From Macrostomum lignano (taxonomy: Eukaryota): DNA of 64,000 bases. The first letter of the stretch is position 1. Every line of letters starts with the position of its first letter. Under the pieces are notes generated by a model. That model had not been told where the DNA came from, made no database searches, and worked only from the letters and a program-made list of their open reading frames with translations. The position numbers were made by a program, and so were the translations under genes. Below, piece after piece: positions 46,801-59,300 of this stretch. The stretch spans positions 186,001-250,000 of the forward strand of contig NIVC01000268.1 in the NCBI GenBank assembly GCA_002269645.1, written 5' to 3'.

Positions 46801-49656
46801 TTCAGATGCGCCGCGCAATAGCTGCGGCTGAGCTGTCGGTTGCATATCTGCCTATTAATGCAGGTGTAATCAATTATTATATTTTTATTACTATTATATT
46901 ATTTACATGTGTAGTCCTCTAGATTACTCTTTCTGTTAATTTTTCCTGTGCTTTTTTGTCCCAATGTAAAATTTTTCGCAATTTGAAAGCATAACTACCG
47001 TGGCAAGAATCGCTGGCGACTCTGAGGCGAAAAAAAAGTCACGAAAAAGTCGTACGAGAGACGTTGTGTTAGCGCTTAACTTTGTACTAACTCAAGTAGA
47101 CTAAATAGAGTTGTTTTAAATGCAAAATGCGATTCTAATTTATCAAATGACGCAGATGTGCTTCAGACGCAACTCTGTGATTCTACAGCGACTCTAGAAC
47201 GTCTCTTTAGCGACTCTTGACGACTTTTATCGTCACATCTCGAGGTTTTAGATTTAGAAGTCGTCTACAGTCACTTCTTATCCTATTTTTACCTGTGTTA
47301 CCAGCATCGTACTTCTTTTATATACTTTGTACTTTAAGCCCAAGATGTACTTTTAAGTAAATAAATTCTGCGCACTTTCAGGGCATTCCATTCGACGCCG
47401 ATGTCGGTCCCAAGCAGTTCGTAGTGCTGGTCCGCAGCACCGTGTCGCCAAACGCTCCGCCAGTTCGATTCAACCTCTCCGTAGTTGTCGAGCAGCCTCA
47501 GTGGGGCCCATTCCGTTTCCATCGAGTTCGAATACGTATCGCTGTTGACCGCTATCGGGTTGCAGATTTGAATCGTCAATATCGATTTTTTCGACAACTA
47601 AACGACTTAGTATCGGCCGCGCTGTCCGGAAATAAAGTCTACATGCGCTTGCCGCCTGACGATCTGCAGCACCAATTAAAAGTGCCTGGTAGTGTTGTGA
47701 ATTTCACGGTTGATTGGACCGTGGTTGGTTACGACAGCGACGGCGCCGTTATTGATGGATTTGGAAAGTGCGTTGTTTCCACTGCATTGTTCGCATTGTT
47801 TGGGTAGATTCTTTACAAACGTAGATTTAACCTATGTTCCACCTTTATATCCTCAGGTGTTTTAATTATCTGATATTTGTAAGCTAAAAGATGCAATTTC
47901 TAGTTTTTTTTCTCTTATCTCCTGGTGTTTTTAATCCCCTCATCTCCAGGTGTTTTTAATCCCCTCTTATCTCCAGGTGTTTTTAATCCCCTCATCTCCA
48001 GGTGTTTTTAATCCCCTCTTATCTCCAGGTGTTTTTAATCCCCTCATCTCCAGGTGTTTTTAATCCCCTCTTATCTCCAGGTATTCTTAATCTCCTCTTA
48101 TCTCCAGTTTTTAATCCCCTCTTATCTCCAGGTGTTTTTAATCCCCTCTTATCTCCAGGTATTCGTAAACTCCTCTTATCTCCAGGAGTTTTTAATCCCC
48201 TCTTATCTCCAGGTGTTTTTAATCCCCTCATCTCCAGGTGTTTTTAATCCCCTCTTATCTCCAGGTATTCTTAATCTTCTCTTATCTCCAGGAGTTTTTA
48301 ATCCCCTCTTATCTCCAGGTGTTTTTAATCCCCTCTTATCTCCAGGTATTCGTAAACTCCTCTTATCTCCAGGAGTTTTTAATCCCCTCTTATCTCCAGG
48401 TGTTTTTAATCCCCTCTTATCTCCAGGTATTCGTAAACTCCTCTTATCTCCAGGAGTTTTTAATCCGCTCTTATTTCCAGGTGTTTTTAATCCCATCTTA
48501 TCTCCAGGTGTCTTTAATCCCCTCACCTCCAGGTGTTTTAACCTCATCTCCAGGTGTTTAATCCCCTTCTTATCTCCAGGTGTTTTTAATCCCCTCTTAT
48601 CTCCAGATGTTTTTTGTCTTGCAACTCAAAAGAACGTTATTCTTAACGCTAACTATATGATAATTATACGATATAAGTAAACTTATTAATTTGCACTCAT
48701 CCATCAGGTACCGCATATTCTGTCCGGTAGATCAATTAGTCATACTCCGCCGCGTAGCGTCAGAGAAGCTGGCCGGAATGCTAATCTCCAATGCCATTGG
48801 AATGCACACCCTGGAATTCCTATTGGAAGGCAATTGCAGCAGCTATAATTACGGAGATCTATTCCGACTATACGATAATTATATGCAAAGTCATCATCCT
48901 ATTAATACCATTGTGCCGGATTATCCAGCTTATCCTGGCGGAGGAGGCAGCGATAATGCCATTGTTAACAAAAATGCAGCTGGCGGCAGCAACGATGTTG
49001 AAACAGCTTCAATTGGAGATTCAAATGTATTGTTAATTACAGTTGCTCCGGCCTGCGGTCTGGTGCTGCTGGCTCTGCTAGTGGCTCTGCTAGTGGCCTG
49101 CTGTCTGTATAAAAGGAAACCAGCAAATAGCAGAGGCGGTCAGCAGCAGCAGCAGCAGAGAAGCAGACACGTGTCTTATCAACAGCAGCAGCAGCAGCAA
49201 CAACAGTATCACAATGCCAGCCTGTCTCGTCACGGCGGCGACTTCAGTTTAACCAGCAAACACGTGCCAATCATATTCGCCGAGGAGCTGGAAGAGCGCC
49301 CCTCTGCTCCCAGTAAGCCGCTGATTTTGCCGAACGAGAAGCCGCCACTGCCGCCGCCAGATATTGACGGATACGGCGAACAGGACGAGCTGCTGATGGA
49401 GCGGACTCCACTAAATCCGCAGCAGCAGCAGCAGCAGTTGCTTCTTTTGCAGCAGCAGCAACAGCAGCAACAGCAGTTTGCAACACTGGGCAGAACTAAT
49501 AATGGTCACGGTGTGAATGGTAGCGGCACTAGCGGCAGTATGTACCGAACTCTGCCTAGCCAGCAGCTTCAACAGCAGCAACAACAGCAGCAACTGTATC
49601 ATCAGCAGCAGCAGAATCCAGGGGTTCTGTACGCGCACTATGCTAATCAAGGCTGA
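40823..49656 (+). CDS. DAG1: dystroglycan-like protein; join(40823-41266, 43167-43932, 44655-45118, 45699-46514, 47382-47767, 48708-49656), about 1274 aa
   Basis: Signal peptide; LPSWLH..LIEGVPLD (Ig1); ASGPGNA..VSWQVGC; Thr/Pro mucin stretch; Ig-like GxP..DVG motifs; two SEA-like regions; TM followed by YKRK; VPIIFAEELE..PLILPNEKPPLPPP tail. Junction phases are consistent (3825 nt); exon C boundaries are less certain. Confidence 0.88.
41405..41820. repeat. 20-bp minisatellite CAGCAGATAGATGTGAGCTC (DAG1 intron 1)
   Basis: About 20 units. Confidence 0.95.
42415..43125. repeat. 29/30-bp C-rich minisatellite CCTACTTCCCCAAAATCGCCTCCTACATC (DAG1 intron 1)
   Basis: About 24 units ending about 40 bp before the acceptor. 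Confidence 0.95.
43980..44565. repeat. 15-bp palindrome-rich minisatellite CTACT(AT/GT/GC)AGATCTAG (DAG1 intron 2)
   Basis: About 38 units. Confidence 0.95.
45235..45585. repeat. 23-bp minisatellite GCGCCTCCTCAAATTCCTTTTTG (DAG1 intron 3)
   Basis: About 14 units. Confidence 0.95.
46595..46890 (+). mobile_element. SINE family B in DAG1 intron 4 (B-box segment deleted)
   Basis: GGGTTGTAGCCTAGTGG head; lacks the GGTCGGGGGTTCGATTCCCGATC seen at 35860. Confidence 0.88.
47915..48610. repeat. 27-bp minisatellite ATCTCCAGGTGTTTTTAATCCCCTCTT (DAG1 intron 5)
   Basis: About 25 units. Confidence 0.95.
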
Positions 49657-50414
49657 TCTGGTCTAATTCTGTTCTCTTGGGTTCAATTTTCCTCTGTTAA
49701 AAAGTTGTTAACGTTTACACTAAGTACTACTATTGTACAAGTAGTAGTCTCTACTATAAAAGCTTTGTAAGTGTTTTTTATTGCTTTAAATTATAATAAT
49801 TAATGCATAATAATTACCTTTCTATTAATGTTCCGTTGTGATAAGTTTATTCGTTTCATATAGACTTTTTCGTCTGTACATTCTAGTCGTGTTTTTATTG
49901 ATATTTTTGTTGTCGTTATAAACAAGTTTAGTCAACAGAAATTGCGCTTTACTACTAATGTTGTAGTTCTGTTTTTTTGATATTTTTTATGAAATATTCC
50001 TTAAGAAAATGCAGATTTGTTATTGTTAAACAGCGCACAATGACCCCTCCTTTTCTATTGCACTGCATTTTTATGCACGAGTTTAAGTCTTTTAAACTGT
50101 AAATTTTAGTTAGTTGAAACGAACTGATCATTTCTGTCGTTCTGCCTATGTTTTCCCTATCCTGTTTAGAGTGCTTAGATAGAATTCCTTCTGTCTATGC
50201 GCAGCTCTCTGCTAGTGTTATGATTTTACCATATCAACAAACTTATATATATATATATATTATTTATTGTTTCCTGACAACGGTAAGTTTAAACATTGTT
50301 TACTTTTTCCATGAAACACATCGCATTGCTGTTAGTGAAAAAATACATTGTAATAAAGCTTATCTGGCTTTGATTGGACGGCTTTGTGACTTAAATTAGA
50401 GATGCTGTTTAACT

Positions 50415-50835
50415 TCGATCTAGATCTGCAGCTAGATCTATGACTACGGATTAGCTAGATCTAGATCTACAGCTAGATCTGAATCTGCAGCTAGATCTAT
50501 GACTACGGATTAGCTAGATCTAGATCTGCAGCTAGATCTATGACCACGGATTAGCTAGATCTGGATCTACAGCTAGATCTGAATCTGCAGCTAGATCTAT
50601 GGCTACGGATTAGCTAGATCTGGATCTACAGCTAGATCTGAATCTGCAGCTAGATCTATGGCTACGGATTAGCTAGATCTGGATCTACAGCTAGATCTGA
50701 ATCTGCAGCTAGATCTGAATCTGCAGCTAGATCTGAATCTGCAGCTAGATCTATGACCACGGATTAGCTAGATCTGGATCTGCAGCTAGATCTATGACTA
50801 CGGATTAGCTAGATCTGGATCTACAGCTAGATCTG
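50415..50835. repeat. palindrome-rich AGATCT/CTAG/AGCT array downstream of DAG1
   Basis: Units such as CAGCTAGATCTATGACTACGGATTAGCTAGATCT. Confidence 0.9.
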
Positions 50836-51289
50836 TTTATACTGTTTGCCTGGATCTACATCTAACAATGAATATCTCAATTGTACAGATATCAGCGTAG
50901 ATTGGATATATATACACAATTCCAATCAATAGTGATCATCAACGATTGACAACCTCAATAAAAGTACAATTTTATACACTTTTTACTCGGTAAGGCGCTC
51001 TGCTGAGGCTGATAGTTAATATTCCAGCAACTGTTTTTACCACGGCAATAATTAGTATAAATTAGTATAAAGTAATTTTGTAGCTTAACAGAAATACAAA
51101 CAAACTATATTGACTGCTTTCTCACACTGCCACTGGTCTTGAACTTTGCGTTTCACATTTAATTAAATAAACCATTAAATTCAACCAATGCCATATGAAT
51201 CTACCCCAATACCCTATGAATCCACATCAATACCTCATTCGAATCCATCCTAGCACCCCTCGAGTCATTCCTTAGTTCCTTTGCGATTC

Positions 51290-52392
51290 GTCCCTAGTCC
51301 CGTTTCCAAGAATGCTTCCCTAGTCCCGTTTCGAAAAATCCTTTCCTAGTCCCGTTTCCAAAAATCCTTCCCTAGTCCCGTTTCCAAGAATCCTTCCTTT
51401 GACCCGTTTCCAAGAATGCTTCCCTAGTCCCGTTTCCAAGAATGCTTCCCTAGTCCCGTTTCGAAAAATCCTTTCCTAGTCCCGTTTCCAAAAATCCTTC
51501 CCTAGTCCCGTTTCCAAGAATCCTTCCTTTGACCCGTTTCCAAGAATGCTTCCCTAGTCCCGTTTCCAAGAATGCTTCCCTAGTCCCATTTCCAAGAATG
51601 CTTCCCTAGTCCCGTTTCCTGGAACGCTTCCCTAGTCCCGTTTCCTAGAATGCTTCCCTAGTCCCGTTTCCTAGAATCCTTCCCTAATCCCGTTTCCAAG
51701 AATCCTTCCCTAGTCCCGTTTCCAAGAATGCTTCCCTAGTCCCGTTTCCAAGAATCCTTCCCTAGTCCCGTTTCCAAAAATCCTTCCCTAGTCCCGTTTC
51801 CAAGAATCCTTCCCTAGTCCCCTTTCCTAGAATCCTTCCCTAGTCCCGTTTCCAAAAATGCTTCCCTATTCCAGTTTCCTAGAATGCTTCCCTAGTCCCG
51901 TTTCCAAAAATGCTTCGATAGTCCCCTTTCCAAGAATCCTTCCTTAGTCCCGTTTCAAGAATCTTTCCCTAGTCCCGTTTTCAAGAATCCTTCCCTAATC
52001 CCGTTTCCAAAAATCCTTCCCTAGTCCCGTTTCCTAGAATGCTTCCCTAGTCCCGTTTCCAAGAATCCTTCCCTAGTCCCGTTTCCAAGAATGCTTCCCT
52101 AGTCCCGTTTCCAAGAATGCTTCCCTAGTCCCGTTTCCAAGAATGCTTCCCTAGTCCCGTTTCCAAGAATGCTTCCCTAGTCCCGTTTCCAAGAATGCTT
52201 CCCTAGTCCCGTTTCCAAGAATGCTTCCCTAATCTCGTTTCCAAGAATCCTTCCCTAGTCCCGTTTCCAAGAACGCTTCCCTAGTCCCGTTTCCTAGAAT
52301 GCTTCCCAGTCCCGTTTCCAAGAATGCTTCCCTAGTCCCGTTTCCAAGAACGCTTCCCTAGTCCCGTTTAGGATGCGTCCCTAGTCCCGTTT
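51290..52392. repeat. 26-bp minisatellite CCCTAGTCCCGTTTCCAAGAATGCTT upstream of SHOC2
   Basis: About 42 units. Confidence 0.95.
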
Positions 52393-52484
52393 ATAACAAT
52401 CGTCCCCTTATCCACACACCTTCATATTTCAGTTTCTATATCAAACCAGCCGAACACAAGGGTTTGCGTCTTAGTAGCTCAGCA

Positions 52485-52995
52485 ATGTCCAAGCCGGTTG
52501 ACACCAGATCTGTCGGCCAGAGCAGCGTTGTGTCCAGCATGTCTAACGTGTCTGGCCAATCCCCGCCTAAGCCGTCGGATCCGCGCAAAGCCGAACGCTT
52601 AGTGCACTACAAGCGGGACTATTACATACCCGGCCTGGGCCACATACCGCAGGAGATACTCGACCAGCCGCCTCAGTTTTACTCTCACGAGGACGAGCAG
52701 GATGCTTATTATTCAATATCGCCTAGCGGCGGCGGCACCTCCACTGATACCGACTCTCAACTGTTCTCGTCCAGTCCGAGTACTGTGCAGTTTGGCAGCG
52801 GCTCGCCCGAGAGTCTGGCTGGCAGTTTGGCATCGATGGACATCAGGCAGAAGCAGAAGCGGGTCATGGTGCAGACGCCATCTAGCAAGAAGCTGGAGGC
52901 GCCCAGGAAACCCACCGTGCCCGAGAAGGGGCCGGACGTAACCAAGGATATTGCTAAGTGAGGACTGGGCTGGGCGCCTGTCTGTGTCTAGTCTG

Positions 52996-53059
<64 letters not shown>

Positions 53060-53118
53060 CGTTTGTCTATCTCTCTATCTATTTATCTATCTATATCTAT
53101 CTATCTATCTATCTATCG

Positions 53119-53164
<46 letters not shown>

Positions 53165-55468
53165 TGCCAGGACCTGCACCGGAGCGGTTACGAAAATTAG
53201 ATTTCTCGGTAGTTGCTCGCACTCTTTTACACTACTTGAGTAGTCTGATTTTCGTTCGGCATGGCTGGTTCCAGTAGGTAGTTCCTCTGGATAAAAGCGC
53301 TTACCGCGCCCATTAGCTTTCCAGCTGCCTTAATCGTTTCCGGTGATCTTGTGTGCGTGCTTTCAGCTTGATTGGCTGCGGCAAGCAAGCTCGAAAGAGC
53401 TCGCTTCGCTCGCTCTTTCTCGCTATCTACTATCTATCTATCTATCTATCCATCATCCATCTACCCCCACGCCGCCGTCCCGCAGGTGCAAGGCCAACAG
53501 TGAGACAATCCTGGACCTGTCAGGCAACAGGTTAACGGCCCTGCCCCCGGCTGTACGCGACCTGAACTGCGTCACTGAGATGTACCTGTACGACAACAAG
53601 CTCACGCAGCTGCCAGACGAAATTGGAGCTATGGTGAGCCTGGAGAAGCTTATGCTGCAGCAGAACTGCCTGACATCGCTGCCGCTCACTATGCAGTACC
53701 TGACTAAGCTGAGGGTGCTGGATCTGCGGCACAACAGACTTGAGAATCGAATACCTGCGGTGATCTACAAGCTCTACGGCCTCACCCAGCTTCTGCTGAC
53801 CTACAATAAGATTGCCGAAATCGATCCAGATATTGGCAGCCTGATCAGTCTAACAGTGCTGGTAGTGAATCGCAACACAATTCGGATGCCGATCCCCAGC
53901 TCTATTGGCACTCTGCGACAGTTAAAGAAGCTGGATTTGTCGCATAATAAAATCTCGGAAATTCCGGACGAAATTGGTGAGCTTCGATATTTTTTGTTTT
54001 CAAATTTCAATCGAAGAATCGATTCTAAGAATCACTTCCTAAATTGTCTTTAAGAATCACCTTCAAGAATCGCCTCCTAAATTGTCTTCAAGAATCGCCC
54101 CTAAATTGTCTTTAAGAATCACCTTCAAGAATCGCCTCCTAAATTGTCTTCAAGAATCGCCCCTAAATTGTCTTTAAGAATCACCTTCAAGAATCGCCTC
54201 CTAAATTGTCTTCAAGAATCGCCCCTAAATTGTCTTTAAGAATCACCTTCAAGAATCGCCTCCTAAATTGTCTTCAAGAATCGCCCCTAAATTATCTTTA
54301 AGAATCACCTTCAAGAATCGCCTCCTAAGTTGTCTTCAAAAATCGCCCCTAAATCGTCTTAAATAATCGCCTCCAAAAATCGACTTTAAAATCGCCCCTA
54401 AATTGCCTTCAAAAATCGCTTCTAAATCGACTTCAAGAACTCCTCTAAATCGCCACCAATAATCGCCCCTAAATTGTCACCAAGAATCGCCTCTTAATCG
54501 TCACCAAGAATCGCCTCTATATCGCCACCAAGAATCGCCTCTATATCGCCACCAAGAATCGCCTTCAAGAATCGCCTCCTAAATTGTCTTCAAGAATCGC
54601 CCCTAAATTATCTTTAAGAATCACCTTCAAGAATCGCCTCCTAAGTTGTCTTCAAAAATCGCCCCTAAATCGTCTTAAATAATCGCCTCCAAAAATCGAC
54701 TTTAAAATCGCCCCTAAATTGCCTTCAAAAATCGCTTCTAAATCGACTTCAAGAACTCCTCTAAATCGCCACCAATAATCGCCCCTAAATTGTCACCAAG
54801 AATCGCCTCTATATCGCCACCAAGAATCGCCTCTATATCGCCACCAAGAATCGCCTCTATATCGCCACCAAGAATCGCCTCTATATCGCCACCAAGAATC
54901 GCCTTCAAGAATCGCCCCTAAATAACCTTCAAGGATCGGCCCTAAATCGCCTCCAAAAATCGCCTTCAAGAATCGCCCCTAAATCGCCCCCTAAATCGCC
55001 TCCAAGAATCGCCCCTAAATCGCCTCCAAGAATCGCCCCTAAATCGCCTCCAAGAATCGCCCCCTAAATCGCCTCCAAGAATCGCCCCTAAATCGCCTCC
55101 AAGAATCGCCCCTAAATCGCCTCCAAGAATCACCCTAAATCGCCTCCAAGAATCGCCCCTAAATCGCCTCCAAGAATCGCCCCTAAGTCGCCTCCAAGAA
55201 TCGCCCCTTAATCGCCCTGAATCCCCAATACCTACAGGCAAGTGCATCCTACTGTCAGACGTGAACCTGCAGCACAACAGCCTGACAGCTCTGCCTGAGA
55301 GCATTGGTGAACTGCGCAGTCTGACCCGATTAGGCCTGAAATACAACCAGCTAACCAGCATACCGAAGACTTTGGCCAACTGCCAAAAATTGGACGAATT
55401 CAACATCGAAAACAACGACATTGCCACTCTGCCTGAGGGCCTGCTGTCTAGTATGAAACGGTTAACTA
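52485..55468 (+). CDS. SHOC2: SHOC2/Sur-8-like LRR protein, 5' part: join(52485-52957, 53486-53976, 55238-55468), then interrupted by a transposon
   Basis: DVTKDIAKC..ILDLS, YLYDNKL, LRVLDLRHNRL, LQHN.L..LPESIG.L..L.RLGLKYN and IENN.I.TLPEGLLSS match SHOC2 in order; splice phases agree; similarity ends abruptly at RLT|. Confidence 0.88.
52990..53165. repeat. compound (TCTG)n(TCTA)n microsatellite in SHOC2 intron 1
   Basis: Read directly. Confidence 0.97.
54040..55220. repeat. AAGAATCGCCCCTAAATCGCCTCC-type minisatellite filling SHOC2 intron 2, with a 317-bp higher-order duplication
   Basis: Identical variant blocks start near 54291 and 54608. Confidence 0.93.
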
Positions 55469-56320
55469 CCCAGTGGGGATTTTTAGTACGCCTAACCGTA
55501 CGCAGACGGCGGCGCTCAATTCGGGGCGACAGTGCGCCCCGAAGTACTGTATGGATCTCGCCAAGTCGGCGCCGCGCCCGGCGCTGAGCGTACGTTAACA
55601 TTTTTAGGCAGCACAAATTCACTGATTCTACTCTTAGTAGTATGATGAAGACATTATGCTTAAGCGGACCCACCCTGGAGCGCAGCTGCGCAGCTCGCTT
55701 TCGTGAGCGTAGTTGCACCATCCTGCACAGTATAATGATCCGTTATTGACCATTAACTGAAAATGCATACCATCTCCTAATCATCAAATAATTTTCAGGA
55801 AGAAAGGGAATAAGAACAGTTTTTATATTATTTGTTTCCATTCGGTGTATTTACAATGAAAATTTTTATATGATACAAACAAATGACAATAATAAGCACT
55901 TTTACACTTACTAGGTACTAAAGAAAATAAAAATACAAATAACACGTAAAGGGTACCTTATATATTGTTATTATAAAAACATTTAAAATAGATTGTAAGA
56001 CGAGTAATAGAATTGGAGAAGAGTCAAGAAGATAGTGAAACAGCTGACAGGAGACAAAAAGAAAATTCGAGATTTAAAAAAAATTTAAGGATTTTTCGGC
56101 AGCGCAAATTCCCTGATTCTACTTCTTAAGTAGTATGATGGTTGCATTATGCTGGAATTTTTAAGATCCCACTGCCGATTTTAACATTTCACTATCAATT
56201 TTAGGATACCACTATCGATTCTGAGAGATTTCATCGTGCATTCTAATTAATATCAGTCTTAAATTATGAAAGGTACTTTAACTGCTATCCAGCACTTTCC
56301 TGATTTTAATAATTTAACTA

Positions 56321-59300
56321 TCATTCACTGTCAATGTCACTGTCTTCTCGAGACCTTTTCCTGGCACCTGGTGCTTCAGTTAAAAAACTCTGGGGCGGAT
56401 GCCAGTCGGAGTCCGAGTAAGAACTTAAATCTGACTCGGCAGACTCGCTGTCTGCCCACATCAAGACCGACTGCGCCTGCAGCGGCCGCTGACCCGGTCT
56501 GTGTCGTCTAGCGCTGCGTAACGGCGCTGTCGATGGAGCGGCTGCGGCAGGTTGTCCGCTACCCGAGAGCGTTGTAAGCGGCGCCGCAGCAGGTGCTGTA
56601 CTCGTGGCCTGCTGGCGCGCTGACATTGCAGAAGCAGCCGATAGCGATGTTGGTGCAGCGGTTGAGAGAGGTCGCGGTCTCGGGCTAGCCATCAGCGCTG
56701 CTGAAGCTGCTGCTGCACTCGCAGAAGGCCGCCAGGTACCCGACGGCGACGGCGCTGCACTTGCCGACTGCCGGCGCGCTGACGTTGCAGAAACAGCTGA
56801 TGGTGTTGTCGCTGCAGCGGCTGAGGGAGGTCTCGGGCTAGCCATCAGCGCTGCTGAAGCTGCTGCTGCACTCGCAGAAGGCCTCGAGGTACCCGACGGC
56901 GACGGCGCTGCACTTGCCGACTGCCGGCGCGCTGACGTTGCAGAAACAGCTGATGGTGTTGTCGCTGCAGCGGCTGAGGGAGGTCTCGGGCTAGCCATCA
57001 GCGCTGCTGAAGCTGCTGCTGCACTCGCAGAAGGCCGCCAGGTACCCGACGGCGACGGCGCTGCACTTGCCGACTGCCGGCGCGCTGACGTTGCAGAAAC
57101 AGCTGATGGTGTTGTCGCTGCAGCGGTTGAAGGAGGTCTCGGGCTAGCCGTCAGTGCAGCTGCTGCATCGTTACCTTCGGCGCCACCTTCCGTCCGTCGC
57201 CGATGGACCCGACGAACAAGTCTGTCGCCGCCACGCTTAAGTTGGTCGACAACCGTGTTTTTCATCTCATCTCGCGTGGGCCTTTCGTTGCCGCCATAAA
57301 TTGTAGAAATCGCGTCTGTCGGTTGGGAGATAGAGGAAAAATTATCATATTCTCGAGCCCTGATTAATTCTTCCCACTCCTGACTCCTCTCCTCAGACGT
57401 AGTGTTTACTTCCTATACTATTGAAATTAATCTATCATGCATATGCTCCCATTACCTTGGTATCTTTCCAAAAAAAGGGTCCTAAATGCGAGCTGCGCAT
57501 CGCCTAGCAGTGTTTCCACGCCTGCAGCTCGAGCCCTGTCTTGCATGCCAGTACCAATAAAGTTCACGGCGGCTTGAAGTTCGGGCGTCAGTGTGAGGTC
57601 CAACATTGCACGTAGTGAGTCTTGCCACCGTGGCCGCCGGCAAAGATGCAATTGGCGCCTCTGAATGAGATGAGACGGTGGATGACTATTTGATTTCTAT
57701 CTAAATCCCTGAGTATTTCTGAGCAGCACAGGAATGTCATAAAGGAAAATTGGAGGAGAGAGGGGAGGAGAGGGCGGAGGAGAGAGGGAGGGTTTAGCAG
57801 ACGTCTAAATCCCGGAGTAGTTCTGATGATTCTGGTGATTTCACCACTCCGCTTCATAAATTTGCTATACTAATGAACTAGAAAACTCACCAAAGATGTC
57901 AGGTGCTCAGACGGCAAAGCGGTAGCAAAATTGATGTACTCATTCCAGGAGCTGATTGGCCAGAACGTGGAATTCAGTTCAGCCATTTCAGGATTGAGCA
58001 GTGCTGATAAGCGCTCGACCTCTGCCCGGACACCATGCAGTTCCTGCGACATCTGGGCTTGGTGCTGCTGTAATCGCGTGTTGCGCACGGAGAGCTCCCG
58101 AAGCGTCGTCAGCATGACGAAAAGAAGCCCTTGCGCGTTACAAAGCGGGCTACCAGCGGCTTCTCGCAGTTGGTGCTCTAGGCTTTTAATATTGTCCGGC
58201 CATTGATCGCTTGCTCCTGCTGACCCCGTCGGAATTGTTAAAAGCGCTTTCGGGGCTGCATCCGGCGTGTCACTTCCCGCGCTTGTCGCATCCCGCGACT
58301 TCAAGGCCGTTCCCAGCGTCTCTGGTGCCGCATCCTCCAATACCTCACATGCCGCATCTGACAAATCCGACACCTCAAGTGCCGCCTCTTGCGCTACATC
58401 AACGGTACTTGTGCTCTTCGGGATGGTGGAGGGCTCCACCGCATCTGCTGCGCAGTGAATTCCTTCGGAGTCGGAGAGCAACTGGGCTTCTGTTGCTGGG
58501 ACGTCCTGTCCAGGGCACGCAGCGACCGATGGACGCTCCGGTGAATGCACAGGAGGCTCCAAAAAAAACCCGTCGGAATCGGATGCAGAGCCGATGGGAA
58601 CATTCTGTCGATAGACGGCGGGGTGGATAGATAAAGTTAGAATCCAATCCCCTAAAAGTCACTACGAGCGACACGACATATTTTCTTTTGGCAGTACTAA
58701 CCTGCGACTGATACTGACGACGTGAATTTCTCAAATCCGCCTCCGTAAAGACTCGGGGTTGGACGAGAGCTAGCACGTCGCGTAGTCGCTTCTTCCGTGT
58801 CTTCAGCTCACGTACGAACCGAATGGAGCTCGGTTCGACATCGTCCGACAGGATTACCTGCAAAGCATTCAACATGGAGTCATTGAAGAGTATAAAGTAA
58901 ATTGGCAAGTGTGCAATTGATAAATGCACTTCAAATGCACTTTAGCTGCAATTTAGGGGGGCGGTCCAAGTCTGGGGCACCAACAGGAGTATGAGGGGCG
59001 CCATTTTTTAAGCTAGGGGGTGCAATTACAAGTATGCGTGTAGGGGCGAAAAATCAAGTTTAGAGGGCGCAATATGTTCTAGCAAAGTATTTTTGGGAGT
59101 CCCAACCCCCCTAAATTCACCTCTTTACCCTGATATTTTTGACATTTACATTAATAAGTCAGATTCAATGAGAGTAAATTAGACATGCATGAGTATAACT
59201 AAGCTACTTACTTGCAAAATGACGGCAGAGTACAGCTGTTCTTCATATTCCACTTCACAGTACCATGGCTCCGTGGATTCTCTTTCTTTAAGCCAGTCGG

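Noticed and set aside
56604-57299. 231-aa plus-strand ORF antisense to the accessory gene
   Set aside because: It is a shadow ORF of a GC-rich coding repeat; the splice structure supports the minus strand.
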